A stretch of 32,000 nt of DNA, taken from positions 600,001 through 632,000 of the forward strand of contig NC_012803.1 in assembly GCF_000023205.1 (NCBI RefSeq), written 5' to 3'. A program made the position numbers and the translations under genes. How positions within the stretch are numbered: position 1 is the stretch's first letter; each line of letters opens with the position of its first letter. This DNA is from Micrococcus luteus NCTC 2665 (GTDB taxonomy: Bacteria; Actinomycetota; Actinomycetes; Actinomycetales; Micrococcaceae). Positions 9,018 to 17,541 of this stretch are shown here, piece by piece. The notes beneath the pieces are model-generated. The model was not told the origin of the DNA. It saw nothing but the letters and a program-made list of their open reading frames with translations, and did no database searches.

Positions 9018-9197
9018 TCAGCGCCTGGTTTGGTTCCGTCCCCGCGCTGGTGACCTCCGCGCGGCCCCGGTCGGCGCCGTACGCTGGCGCGGCGGGGCCG
9101 GCCGGGTGGCCGCGCCGTCGCGGGCCCGCACCTCGGGCTCCTCCGGCGTCGACGGCAGGAACGGATTGCGGATCGGGGGGCGATGATCCCGGCTCAT
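9018..9197 (-). CDS. possible small Pro/Arg-rich ORF (59 aa) coupled to the acyltransferase stop codon
   Basis: ATG at 9197-9195 overlaps the acyltransferase TGA (ATGA). GGAGAGG lies 8 nt upstream. GC3 is high over about the first 48 codons and then decays. I recognise no homolog, and the predicted protein is low-complexity. Confidence 0.2.
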   Translation of the reverse strand: MSRDHRPPIRNPFLPSTPEEPEVRARDGAATRPAPPRQRTAPTGAARRSPARGRNQTRR

Positions 9198-10261
9198 GGT
9201 TGTGACCTCTCCGAGGCGGTCGTGACGCGCGGCAGCGCGGACGTGACGTGGTGCGGGGGCTCCACGCGACGCAGGCGGTGCACCGGGTGCCAGCGGCGGC
9301 GCGCCCCCGTGAACGGCTTGGACAGGGGGGTGGCGAGCAGGGCGAGGCCTGCCAGCCAGCTGAGGGTGAGCGCGAGGGCGAACTTGGCGGCGTTGTCCTC
9401 CACGCCGTGCCGCGTGACCCACATCAGCACCCAGCCGTGCAGCAGCACCACCACCGTGCCCGTCCGGACCAGGGCGGTGATGACGCGGCGCAGGGCCTGC
9501 CCCGTCCCGGTGCGTCGGGCGAAGGAGCGCAGCAGCCCCTCCACCGTGGAACCGAACACGAGCACCATCCCCGCGGACATCAGGACGCCCACGGCGGGGG
9601 TGAGCACCGGCGTGCCGAAGCCGCCGAACTTGATGTTGGGCGGCTCCAGGCCCAGCCGGACCGCGCCCAGCCCGAGCAGCACCAGGCCGACGCCGATGAG
9701 CGTCCGATGGCGTCGCACGTGCGGTTGGACGCGGCGGCGGAACATCTCCCCGCTGAGGACGAACAGCAGGCAGGGCAGGGCCAGCCCGACGCCCAGCGGC
9801 GTGCGGGCGATCGCGGAGTCCGGCACGAGGTGGGCCCACGCCAGCCCGGCCAGGCCCACCGCCCAGGCGACGGCGGACGGGAAGCGCTCGAGGAATCGGC
9901 GCAGCACCGTGGTGAAGAACAGGACGGAGATGAACCAGAACGCCCACCACGGGGGCTCCTGGTCCGCGCCCCCGTACCAGCCGGTGAGCATCAGGCGCCG
10001 CAGGAGGTCGGGGTCGTCGCCGAACCACGCGAACGCGGCCACGGACATGAGCGCCGCCCACACCAGGTACGGCACCATCAGGCTCCGGAAGCGGCCCCGC
10101 ACGTCCTTGGCCCAGGGGCGGCCGCGCGTCCAGAAGTAGCCGGTGAGGAAGAAGAACAGCGGCATCCGCCAGATCTCCAGGTACCGGCTGAAGGTGAGGT
10201 CCGTCAGGTATGCGTGACCCAGCACCACCGCCGCGATGGAGACAAGCCGAAGGGCGTCCAC
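9194..10261 (-). CDS. acyltransferase family 3 (OatA/OafA-like) integral membrane protein
   Basis: It begins (GTG) directly at the family's conserved N-terminal box DALRLVSIAAVVLGH, followed by RMPLFFFLTGYF. Multiple hydrophobic helices follow, giving 355 aa. Confidence 0.8.
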   Translation of the reverse strand: MDALRLVSIAAVVLGHAYLTDLTFSRYLEIWRMPLFFFLTGYFWTRGRPWAKDVRGRFRSLMVPYLVWAALMSVAAFAWFGDDPDLLRRLMLTGWYGGADQEPPWWAFWFISVLFFTTVLRRFLERFPSAVAWAVGLAGLAWAHLVPDSAIARTPLGVGLALPCLLFVLSGEMFRRRVQPHVRRHRTLIGVGLVLLGLGAVRLGLEPPNIKFGGFGTPVLTPAVGVLMSAGMVLVFGSTVEGLLRSFARRTGTGQALRRVITALVRTGTVVVLLHGWVLMWVTRHGVEDNAAKFALALTLSWLAGLALLATPLSKPFTGARRRWHPVHRLRRVEPPHHVTSALPRVTTASERSQP

Positions 10262-10290
10262 CCCCGTGTTGCGGGTGGACGCCCTTCGGC
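10246..10290 (-). terminator. Strong hairpin: 18-bp perfect stem, 9-nt loop
   Basis: GCCGAAGGGCGTCCACCC (10246-10263) pairs exactly with GGGTGGACGCCCTTCGGC (10273-10290). It sits 50 nt downstream of the small membrane-protein stop on the minus strand. On that strand UUGUCUCC follows the stem, which is not a classical U-tract. Confidence 0.5.
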
Positions 10291-10339
10291 GCGCGGCAGC
10301 CGGACGACCGGTGTCAGCGATCCTCGGCTCCGGGACGGC

Positions 10340-10645
10340 TCAGCGGTGCGCGGCGCCGGTCTCGACGGCGTGGGCGCCGGTGGCGGCGTGCTCGACGGCG
10401 GGACGGGTGTGGATGGCGGTGGTGTCCACGGTGTCGCTGCGGCCCAGCAACGCCTTGGGGATCATGAAGGCCACGGTGGCCAGGGCCAGCGCGATCAGGC
10501 CGGGGACCCAGACCGACTCGAGCGTCCAGAAGCCCATGGCGTAGAGGCAGCCGAGGAACGCGCCGAAGGCGACGATGAAGGCGATCAGGGAACCCCAGAC
10601 GCCGCCCACGTTGGAGTGGTCGATGGCCTTGCCGTTGCGGATCAC
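10340..10645 (-). CDS. small two-helix membrane protein with a His/Ala-rich C-terminal tail (101 aa)
   Basis: GTG at 10645 is preceded by AAGGAG with a 6-nt spacer. There are two hydrophobic segments (VWGSLIAFIVAFGAFLGCLYAMGFW and VWVPGLIALALATVAFMI). The tail is AIHTRPAVEHAATGAHAVETGAAHR. Confidence 0.6.
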   Translation of the reverse strand: MIRNGKAIDHSNVGGVWGSLIAFIVAFGAFLGCLYAMGFWTLESVWVPGLIALALATVAFMIPKALLGRSDTVDTTAIHTRPAVEHAATGAHAVETGAAHR

Positions 10646-10703
10646 GTGATGCTCCTTCGGTGCGGTCCCGACCGGGGCGGACGCCCGGCCGAAGTGATGC
10701 GAG

Positions 10704-11393
10704 TCAGTCGGATCCCAGGATAGCAAGGGCGGAGCTGGCCCCGATCCGGGTGGCCCCGGCCTCGATCATCGCCAAGGCGTCCTCGCGGGTGCGCACCCCG
10801 CCGGAGGCCTTCACGCCGATGCCCTCGCCCACGGTGCGGCGCATCAGCGCGACGTGCTCGACGGTGGCGCCCGCGGTGGAGAAGCCCGTGGAGGTCTTCA
10901 CGAAGTCCGCCCCGGCCTCGACCGCGGCCTCGCAGGCCAGGACGATTGCGTCGTCGTCCAGGAGGGCGGTCTCCACGATCACCTTGAGCAACGCCCCGCC
11001 ATCGCCCGCGGGGCCGTCCGCGTGGGCGGCCTCGGCCACGGCGCGGACGTCCGAGACGAGCCGGGCGCGGTCCCCGGCGCGGGCCGCGGCGACGTCGATG
11101 ACCATGTCCACCTCGTCCGCGCCGGCGTCGATCGCCTGCCGGGCCTCGAAGGCCTTGACCTCCGAGGTGTTGGCGCCGAGGGGGAAGCCGATCACGGTGC
11201 AGGTCAGCACGTCCGAGTCCGCGAGCTCGGCGGCCACCAGCGGCACCCACACGGGGTTGATGCAGACGCTCTTGACCCCGGCCTCGCGGGACTCGGCCAC
11301 GAGGCGGCGCACGTCCGCCTCCGAGGTGTCTGCCTTCAGGGCGGTCGCGTCGATGTACTTCGCCAGCTCGGCGGTGGTGAGGGAGACGGTCAT
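10704..11393 (-). CDS. deoC: deoxyribose-phosphate aldolase
   Basis: ATG at 11393. The sequence [17 protein letters not shown]…VCINPVWV…VIGFPLGAN…VDMVI…LKVIVET…FVKTSTGF…[10 protein letters not shown] carries the Schiff-base Lys context typical of DeoC. Confidence 0.93.
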   Translation of the reverse strand: MTVSLTTAELAKYIDATALKADTSEADVRRLVAESREAGVKSVCINPVWVPLVAAELADSDVLTCTVIGFPLGANTSEVKAFEARQAIDAGADEVDMVIDVAAARAGDRARLVSDVRAVAEAAHADGPAGDGGALLKVIVETALLDDDAIVLACEAAVEAGADFVKTSTGFSTAGATVEHVALMRRTVGEGIGVKASGGVRTREDALAMIEAGATRIGASSALAILGSD

Positions 11394-11413
11394 GCCCACC
11401 AGCCTACCGAGGC

Positions 11414-13135
11414 TCAGCCGCCCACGAGGGCCATCACCTCGGCCCGCAGCGCCTCGAGCCGCTCGGCGGCCGCGGCCGGGTCGGCGTCCCGGGTGCCGAG
11501 GTAGCACTTGAGCTTCGGCTCGGTGCCGGAGGGGCGCGCGAGCACGCGGGTGCCGGAGTCGGTGGCGAACAGCAGCGCGTCCGTGGGCGGCAGCCCGTCC
11601 CCGCCGGCGGCCAGGTCCCGGCGCACGGTGACGGGCTCGCCCGCGAGCGTGGCCGGCGCCTGCTGACGCAGGGCCGTCATGGTGCGGGCGATCAGGGACA
11701 GGTCCGCCACGCGGACCGAGACCTGGGCGCTGGGCATGGCGCCGGTGACGGCGTCGACGTCGGCCAGGGCGTCCGTCAGGCCGCGTCCCTGCGCCGTGAG
11801 GGCGGCGGCCAGCTCCGCGGCCATGAGGGCGGCCGTGATGCCGTCCTTGTCCCGCACCATGTCCGGGTCCACGCAGTAGCCGAGGGCCTCCTCGTAGCCG
11901 AAGCCGAGGTCCGGGGCACGGGAGATCCACTTGAAGCCGGTCAGCGTGACGTGGTGCCTCACCCCGTTCGTCTCCGCCAGGGCGGCCAGCTGCGGGGAGG
12001 AGACCACGGAGTTCGCGGCGCTGCGGCCGGCCGCGTGCAGGGCCGGCATCGCGTGCGCGCCCAGCAGCGTCCCGACGGCGTCGCCCGAGAGCATCCGCCA
12101 CGTGCGGACGCCGTCCGCGTCGGTGACGGGCGCGGCCAGGGCCAGGCGGTCGGCGTCGGGGTCGTTGGCGATCACCAGGTCCGCGTCCACCTCGGCGGCC
12201 AGGGCGAGGGCGAGGTCCATCGCCCCCGGCTCCTCCGGGTTGGGGAACGCCACCGTGGGGAAGGCCGGGTCCGGGGCGGCCTGCTCGGCCACCACGTGGA
12301 CGGGGCCGAAGCCGGCGTCCTCGAGCAGGCCCGGGACCACGGCGCCGCCCACCCCGTGCAGGGGCGTGTAGACCACGCGCAGGTCGCGGTGGCCGTGCCG
12401 GTCGTCGTCGAGCACGCCGAGGGCCGCCGCACGGTAGGCCTCCAGTAGGTCCGGCCCGGCCACGGTCCAGCCGTCGTCGGCGAGCGGGATGTCCGCGGCC
12501 CACGCCGCGTGGTCGATGCGGGCGGCGATCTGCGCGTCCGCGGGGGAGACGATCTGCGCCCCCCGACCCGCCTCGTCCGTGAGCCGCCCGCCGAGGTAGA
12601 CCTTGTAGCCGTTGTCCGCGGGCGGGTTGTGGCTGGCCGTGACCATCACGCCCGCGTCCGCGCTGAGATGGCGCACCGCGAAGGCGAGCACCGGCGTCGG
12701 CAGCGGATCCGGCAGCAGGACGGTCTGCACGCCCGCGGCCGTCAGGACGGCGGCCGTGTCCGCGGCGAAGGCGGCCGAACCGCGCCGCGCGTCGTACCCG
12801 ACGACGGCCAGCGGCGGGGCCGCGTCCCGCCCGACGCCGTCCCACAGGTGGGCGGCCAGACCCGCCGCGGTGCGGCGCACCACGAGCCGGTTCATGCGGG
12901 ACTCGCCCGGGCCCTCCTCGGCGCGCAGGCCGGCGGTGCCGAAGGCGAGCGGCCCGGCGAAGCGGGCGGCGAGCGCCGCCCGGGCGGCCGCGGCCTCCGG
13001 GCCGACGCCGGCGGCCGCGTCGAGCTCGGCGCGCAGGGTGTACTGGTGCGCGGGGTCGGGGTCCTCCGCCGCCCACCGCTCGGCCCGGGCGAGGACGTCC
13101 TCCGGGAGCGCGGCGACGTCGTCGTGCGCGGGCAT
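11414..13135 (-). CDS. phospho-sugar mutase (alpha-D-phosphohexomutase family, PmmB-like; plausible phosphopentomutase role)
   Basis: The active-site loop [18 protein letters not shown] is present, along with the metal loop [11 protein letters not shown] and the C-terminal [13 protein letters not shown]. It lies between punA and deoC, and its ATG overlaps the punA stop. Confidence 0.9.
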   Translation of the reverse strand: MPAHDDVAALPEDVLARAERWAAEDPDPAHQYTLRAELDAAAGVGPEAAAARAALAARFAGPLAFGTAGLRAEEGPGESRMNRLVVRRTAAGLAAHLWDGVGRDAAPPLAVVGYDARRGSAAFAADTAAVLTAAGVQTVLLPDPLPTPVLAFAVRHLSADAGVMVTASHNPPADNGYKVYLGGRLTDEAGRGAQIVSPADAQIAARIDHAAWAADIPLADDGWTVAGPDLLEAYRAAALGVLDDDRHGHRDLRVVYTPLHGVGGAVVPGLLEDAGFGPVHVVAEQAAPDPAFPTVAFPNPEEPGAMDLALALAAEVDADLVIANDPDADRLALAAPVTDADGVRTWRMLSGDAVGTLLGAHAMPALHAAGRSAANSVVSSPQLAALAETNGVRHHVTLTGFKWISRAPDLGFGYEEALGYCVDPDMVRDKDGITAALMAAELAAALTAQGRGLTDALADVDAVTGAMPSAQVSVRVADLSLIARTMTALRQQAPATLAGEPVTVRRDLAAGGDGLPPTDALLFATDSGTRVLARPSGTEPKLKCYLGTRDADPAAAAERLEALRAEVMALVGG

Positions 13136-14040
13136 CAGAGCCGCCCCACGATGTCCGCGAGCAGGCGCGCGATGCGCGGGCCGGCGGCCTGGCCGGCCTC
13201 GACGACCTCGGCGTGGGACAGCGGGGTCTCCGAGATGCCGGCGCCGAGGTTGGTCACCAGTGAGATGCCGAACACCTCCAGCCCGGCGTGACGGGCCGCG
13301 ATCGCGTCCAGTGCCGTGGACATGCCGACGAGGTCGCCGCCGAGGGTGCGCGCCATCCGCACCTCGGCGGGGGTCTCGTACTGCGGGCCGGCGAACTGGA
13401 CGTACACGCCCTCGCGCAGGGACGGGTCCACCTCGCGGGCGATCGCGCGCAGCCGCGGCGAGTAGAGGTCGGTGAGGTCCACGAACGTGGCGCCGGCGAG
13501 CGGGGTGGCGCCGGTGAGGTTGATGTGGTCCGCGATCAGGACGGGGGTGCCCGGGGCGATCTCCGGGTCCATGCCGCCGCAGCCGTTGGTCAGCACCACG
13601 GTGCGCGCCCCGGCGGCGGCGGCGGTGCGGACGGTGTGCGCCACGGCCTGGGCGTCGCGGGACTCGTAGAAGTGCGTGCGCGAGCCGAAGACGAGGGTGT
13701 GCGTGCCGTCCGGCAGTCGGACCGAGCGGATCACGGCGTTGTGGCCGGGCACCTTCGGGGCGTGGAAGCCGGGCACCTCGGCCAGCGGCACGGCGGCGAC
13801 CTCGTCGCCGATCAGGCCGGCGGCCTCGCCCCAGCCGGAGCCGAGGACGACGGCGATGCGGTGCTCCGCCACGCCCGTCGCCCGGGCGATGGTGTCGGCG
13901 GCCGCGCGGGCCTCGGCGAAGCCCGGGTGGTCGCCGGTCAGGGGGGAGGAGTCGGCGTCGGCCGCGGTCACGGGGGTGCTCTGCTCGTTCACGCCGTCAG
14001 TGTAGGTGCGGGGGTGGATCCAGCGGGGGAGGGCGGACAC
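13135..14040 (-). CDS. punA: purine nucleoside phosphorylase (PunA/PNP-I family)
   Basis: The motifs [46 protein letters not shown] and ISLVTNL are present. The start is uncertain: GTG at 14040 or GTG at 13992. Confidence 0.92.
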   Translation of the reverse strand: MSALPRWIHPRTYTDGVNEQSTPVTAADADSSPLTGDHPGFAEARAAADTIARATGVAEHRIAVVLGSGWGEAAGLIGDEVAAVPLAEVPGFHAPKVPGHNAVIRSVRLPDGTHTLVFGSRTHFYESRDAQAVAHTVRTAAAAGARTVVLTNGCGGMDPEIAPGTPVLIADHINLTGATPLAGATFVDLTDLYSPRLRAIAREVDPSLREGVYVQFAGPQYETPAEVRMARTLGGDLVGMSTALDAIAARHAGLEVFGISLVTNLGAGISETPLSHAEVVEAGQAAGPRIARLLADIVGRL

Positions 14041-14096
14041 GAAGCGGTGGGGACGTGGTTGACTCTCCGGGTGGACGCCGATGACGATGGACCTGA

Positions 14097-14675
14097 ATGG
14101 TGAAACCGCGTCATCTTGCCGCCGCCAGCGCCTCCCCGGTCTGCGACCCCATGCCCATCGACCTCGCCTTCGCTTCGCGCCTATGCAATGGTCAGCCCGT
14201 GACGCTGGAGCTCAACTTCTTCCAGCCCTTGGCGGCCCTCAACGGCACCGCCACGGACGTGTACCTCAGCGTCAGGAACATTTCTGGCTGCGCCATCGAG
14301 TACACGGCCGCGAACCCGCTCCTGTTCGACATCCAGGTGCGCAATGACAACGTCGTCAACGACAACAGACGCAAGCTCACCCGGGTCGCCTCATCGTGGG
14401 ACGACATCCGGAACTCCCAGATCCACCACTCCAACGTGGCCAATCAGCCGGTCGGCAGTGTCAGCTCCGCGATCGTGCGGGATCTGAGCGGGCCCGGCGA
14501 CGACGTCCATGAGCCCGGCGAGGAGGCCGACATCGTCTTCGGCCTCGGCGATGGAGCCACCGGTCGCGGCCGCTGTAACAACGAGCTGACCGCCACGCCC
14601 CGTCCCGCCCTCGCGGGACGGGCAGGTCCTCTACACGGTTGGCGGCGGGGCGGGGCACGGTGTCATGGAAACTAG
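14097..14675 (+). CDS. hypothetical protein (192 aa as drawn), compositionally atypical
   Basis: Third-position G/C is strongly enriched in this frame from ~14100 to ~14610, which supports coding. The overall G+C of the first ~350 nt looks lower than in the flanks (judged by eye). I recognise no family. The GC3 signal fades after ~14610, where a 9-bp hairpin (14599-14622) sits, so the real 3' end is uncertain. Confidence 0.45.
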   Translation: MVKPRHLAAASASPVCDPMPIDLAFASRLCNGQPVTLELNFFQPLAALNGTATDVYLSVRNISGCAIEYTAANPLLFDIQVRNDNVVNDNRRKLTRVASSWDDIRNSQIHHSNVANQPVGSVSSAIVRDLSGPGDDVHEPGEEADIVFGLGDGATGRGRCNNELTATPRPALAGRAGPLHGWRRGGARCHGN

Positions 14676-14706
14676 ACTCACGTTGCGGAAACTAACATCA
14701 CAGTCA
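14667..14706. repeat. Two tandem ~20-bp units, each starting with GGAAACTA
   Basis: The units are GGAAACTAgaCtCACgttgc (14667-14686) and GGAAACTAacAtCACagtca (14687-14706). They match at 12 of the first 15 positions. They lie in an AT-richer stretch 54-93 nt upstream of the dehydrogenase start. Confidence 0.4.
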
Positions 14707-14759
14707 GGTCGCGGACGCCGTGCCGGTTCATCATGAGCCCGGTCTGCCCAGGATGAGGA

Positions 14760-16025
14760 GTGCTGATTGCAGTGAAGGTTGTCATCATCGGTCAGGGTTA
14801 CGTCGGACTGCCGGTCTCCATGAGAGCGGTCGAGGTCGGCCACCACGTCGTGGGCCTGGACCTGAGTGAGTCGCGTACAGCGGATCTACAGGCCGGGCGG
14901 TCGTACGTGGAGGACATCTCGGACGGGGACGTCCAGGAGGCCCTCCGTTCCGGCCGGTTCCTGGCCACCCGGGACTATGACGACGCCGCCGGCTTCGACG
15001 TCGCCGTCATCACCGTCCCGACGCCGTTGCGCGACTCCCTGCCGGACCTGAGCTTCATCGAGTCGGCGGGCGCCTCCCTGGCGGAGCACGTCACGCCCGG
15101 TGCGACCGTGATTCTCGAGTCCACCACCTACCCGGGCACCACGGACGAGCTGCTCGTCCCCATCCTGGAGAAGGGGTCGGGTCTGACCGCGGGCGAGGAC
15201 TTCCATGTCGGATACTCCCCGGAGCGCATCGATCCGGGGCGTAGGGACTGGACGTTCAAGACCACCCCGAAGGTCATCTCCGGCCTGACGCAGGCATGCC
15301 TCGTGAAGGTCCAGGAGTTCTACGCGTCGATCATCGACAGCCCCGTGCCCGTGAGGGGCACTCGGGAGGCGGAGCTGACCAAGCTCTTGGAGAACACCTT
15401 CCGTCACGTGAACATCGCGCTGATGAACGAACTCGCGGTGTTCGCACACCAGCTCAACGTGGACATCTGGGACGCGATCGAGGCGGCCGGTTCCAAGCCG
15501 TTCGGATTCATGCGCTTCACCCCCGGCCCGGGAGTGGGCGGTCACTGCCTTCCCGTGGACCCGAGCTACCTGTCCTGGGCCGTGAAGAAGGGCCTGGGTC
15601 AGACCTTCCGTTTCGTGGAGCTGGCGAACGACGTCAACGAGCACCAACCGGTTCATGTGGTGGAGCGGGTCATGAAGCTGCTCAACCAGGATCGCAAGGC
15701 GCTCAACGGTGCCAAGGTGGCGCTCCTCGGCCTGGCCTACAAGCGTGACTCCTCGGACGTGCGCGAGTCTCCCGCGGAGGCCATCATCGACCTCCTCCAC
15801 GGTTACGGCGCCGAGGTGTCCGCCCTCGACTCCTGGGTCCACGGCCGCTCCTGGCCGGATGGCGTCCGTCGCGTGGGGCAGCTCGCGGAGCTCTCAGCGC
15901 AGGATCTCGTCATCGTGGTCACCGACCATTCGGACGTCGACTACGCCGAGGTGTCCAATCTCGGCGTGCGGGTGTTCGACACGAGGAACGTTGTCCCTGC
16001 CGGTGAACGGGTGACACGTCTCTGA
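14760..16025 (+). CDS. nucleotide-sugar dehydrogenase (UDP-glucose/GDP-mannose dehydrogenase family; UDP-N-acetyl-hexosamine dehydrogenase-like)
   Basis: The Rossmann N-terminus is VVIIGQGYVGLPVS. Other family motifs are ESTTYPGTT, YSPERIDPG and KLLENTFRHVNIALMNE. The catalytic Cys context is GPGVGGHCLPVDP, and the C-terminal domain has LGLAYKRDSSDVRESPA. The start is GTG at 14760 or GTG at 14772, with GAGGAG at 14755-14760. Confidence 0.9.
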   Translation: MLIAVKVVIIGQGYVGLPVSMRAVEVGHHVVGLDLSESRTADLQAGRSYVEDISDGDVQEALRSGRFLATRDYDDAAGFDVAVITVPTPLRDSLPDLSFIESAGASLAEHVTPGATVILESTTYPGTTDELLVPILEKGSGLTAGEDFHVGYSPERIDPGRRDWTFKTTPKVISGLTQACLVKVQEFYASIIDSPVPVRGTREAELTKLLENTFRHVNIALMNELAVFAHQLNVDIWDAIEAAGSKPFGFMRFTPGPGVGGHCLPVDPSYLSWAVKKGLGQTFRFVELANDVNEHQPVHVVERVMKLLNQDRKALNGAKVALLGLAYKRDSSDVRESPAEAIIDLLHGYGAEVSALDSWVHGRSWPDGVRRVGQLAELSAQDLVIVVTDHSDVDYAEVSNLGVRVFDTRNVVPAGERVTRL

Positions 16026-16101
16026 GACCGCATCGGCGGGGCCTACCCCAGGACCGCCGCTCAATGGGCCCCTGTCACATCCCACCCGGAAACGGGACAC
16101 A

Positions 16102-17541
16102 ATGGGGGGCGTGACCGAGGAAAACAGCACCTTCATCCCGTCCCTGACCATCATCGGCGGCGGCCCCGGCGGCTACGAGGCCGCCATGGTGGCCGCGAAG
16201 CTGGGCGCCCGCGTGACCCTGGTCGAGCGCCAGGGGGTGGGCGGCGCGGCCGTCCTCACGGACGTGGTCCCCTCCAAGACGCTGATCGCCGCCGCCGACT
16301 CGATGCGCCGCGTGGGCGCCTCCGTGGACCTGGGGGTCGACCTCGGCGGGGCCGAGGTCCACGCGGACATGGGCCGGGTCGGCCACCGCATCCTGAACCT
16401 GGCCCACGAGCAGTCCTCGGACATCCGCGCGGGCCTCGAGCGGGTCGGTGTCCGGGTGATCGACGGCGTGGGCCGCGTCGTCGGCCCCCACGAGGTGTCC
16501 GTCCGCGCCCTCGACGACGCCGACGCCGGCGCCGAGCCCGAGATCATCACCTCGGACGCGATCCTCGTGGCCGTCGGCGCGAGTCCCCGGGAGCTGCCCA
16601 CCGCCGTCCCGGACGGCGAGCGGATCTTCAACTGGAAGCAGGTCTACAACCTCAAGGAGCTGCCCGAGCACCTGATCGTCGTGGGCTCCGGCGTCACCGG
16701 CGCCGAGTTCGCCTCGGCCTACAACCGCCTCGGCGCCAAGGTCACCCTCGTCTCCTCGCGCGACCGCGTGCTCCCCGGCGAGGACGCCGACGCCGCAGAG
16801 CTGCTCGAGAAGGTCTTCGAGGGCAACGGCCTCAGGGTTGTCTCCCGCTCCCGGGCCGAGTCGGTCGAGCGGACCGAGACCGGCGTGCGCGTGCACCTCT
16901 CCGGCGAGGGGGCCGAAGACACCCCGTCGATCGAGGGCTCCCACGCGCTGGTGGCCGTCGGCGGCGTGCCGAACACGGCGGGCCTCGGCCTCGACGACGT
17001 GGGCGTGAAGCTGGCCGACTCCGGCCACGTGCTCGTGGACGGCGTCTCCCGCACGTCCGTGCCGAGCATCTACGCGGCGGGCGACTGCACGGGCAAGCTC
17101 GCCCTCGCCTCGGTGGCGGCCATGCAGGGGCGCATCGCCGTGGCCCACCTGCTCGGCGACGCCCTCAAGCCGCTGCGCCCGCACCTGCTGGCCTCGAACA
17201 TCTTCACCTCGCCGGAGATCGCCACCGTGGGCGTCTCGCAGGCGCAGGTGGACTCCGGCCAGTACCAGGCGGACGTGCTGCGACTGGACTTCCACACCAA
17301 CCCCCGCGCCAAGATGTCCGGCGCGGAGGAGGGGTTCGTGAAGATCTTCGCGCGTCAGGGCTCCGGCACCGTGATCGGCGGCGTGGTGGTCTCGCCGCGC
17401 GCCTCCGAGCTGATCTACGCGCTCGCGCTCGCGGTCACGCACAAGTTGCACGTGGACGACCTCGCGGACACCTTCACCGTGTACCCGTCCATGTCCGGGT
17501 CGATCGCGGAGGCGGCGCGCCGCCTCCATGTGCGGGTGTGA
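16102..17541 (+). CDS. LpdA-like flavoprotein (pyridine nucleotide-disulfide oxidoreductase fold lacking the redox-active disulfide); probable NAD(P)H-quinone reductase type
   Basis: The FAD motif is IIGGGPGGYEAA and the NAD motif is VVGSGVTGAEFA. The canonical GGTCLNVGCIPSK is replaced by GGAAVLTDVVPSK, which has no Cys. The C-terminal HPT..E dyad is replaced by VYPSMSGS. As I recall, this resembles M. tuberculosis Rv3303c. Confidence 0.85.
   Translation: MGGVTEENSTFIPSLTIIGGGPGGYEAAMVAAKLGARVTLVERQGVGGAAVLTDVVPSKTLIAAADSMRRVGASVDLGVDLGGAEVHADMGRVGHRILNLAHEQSSDIRAGLERVGVRVIDGVGRVVGPHEVSVRALDDADAGAEPEIITSDAILVAVGASPRELPTAVPDGERIFNWKQVYNLKELPEHLIVVGSGVTGAEFASAYNRLGAKVTLVSSRDRVLPGEDADAAELLEKVFEGNGLRVVSRSRAESVERTETGVRVHLSGEGAEDTPSIEGSHALVAVGGVPNTAGLGLDDVGVKLADSGHVLVDGVSRTSVPSIYAAGDCTGKLALASVAAMQGRIAVAHLLGDALKPLRPHLLASNIFTSPEIATVGVSQAQVDSGQYQADVLRLDFHTNPRAKMSGAEEGFVKIFARQGSGTVIGGVVVSPRASELIYALALAVTHKLHVDDLADTFTVYPSMSGSIAEAARRLHVRV

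Noticed and set aside
9248-10723. 491-aa plus-strand ORF spanning the acyltransferase and the small membrane-protein gene in antisense. The other ORFs in the 9018-10139 region are included here.
   Set aside because: Its composition is Arg/Gly/Pro/His-rich, and it crosses the strong hairpin and an intergenic gap. The minus-strand genes have recognisable membrane-protein features.
11394-13076. 790-aa minus-strand ORF 10704-13076 extending the deoC frame.
   Set aside because: Only the last 230 codons, from ATG 11393, are DeoC-like. The remainder is Arg/Gly/Pro-rich and overlaps the phospho-sugar mutase gene out of frame.
14461-14846. Minus-strand ORFs 14461-14658 and 14631-14846 in the spacer and 5' end of the dehydrogenase.
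   Set aside because: They are Arg-rich or arbitrary translations. Codon-position analysis shows the plus frame carries the GC3 signal, and the minus frame merely mirrors plus-strand first codon positions.
16075-17529. 484-aa ORF antisense to the LpdA-like gene.
   Set aside because: It is a low-complexity Gly/Asp/Arg/His-rich translation. The sense strand has clear FAD/NAD motifs.
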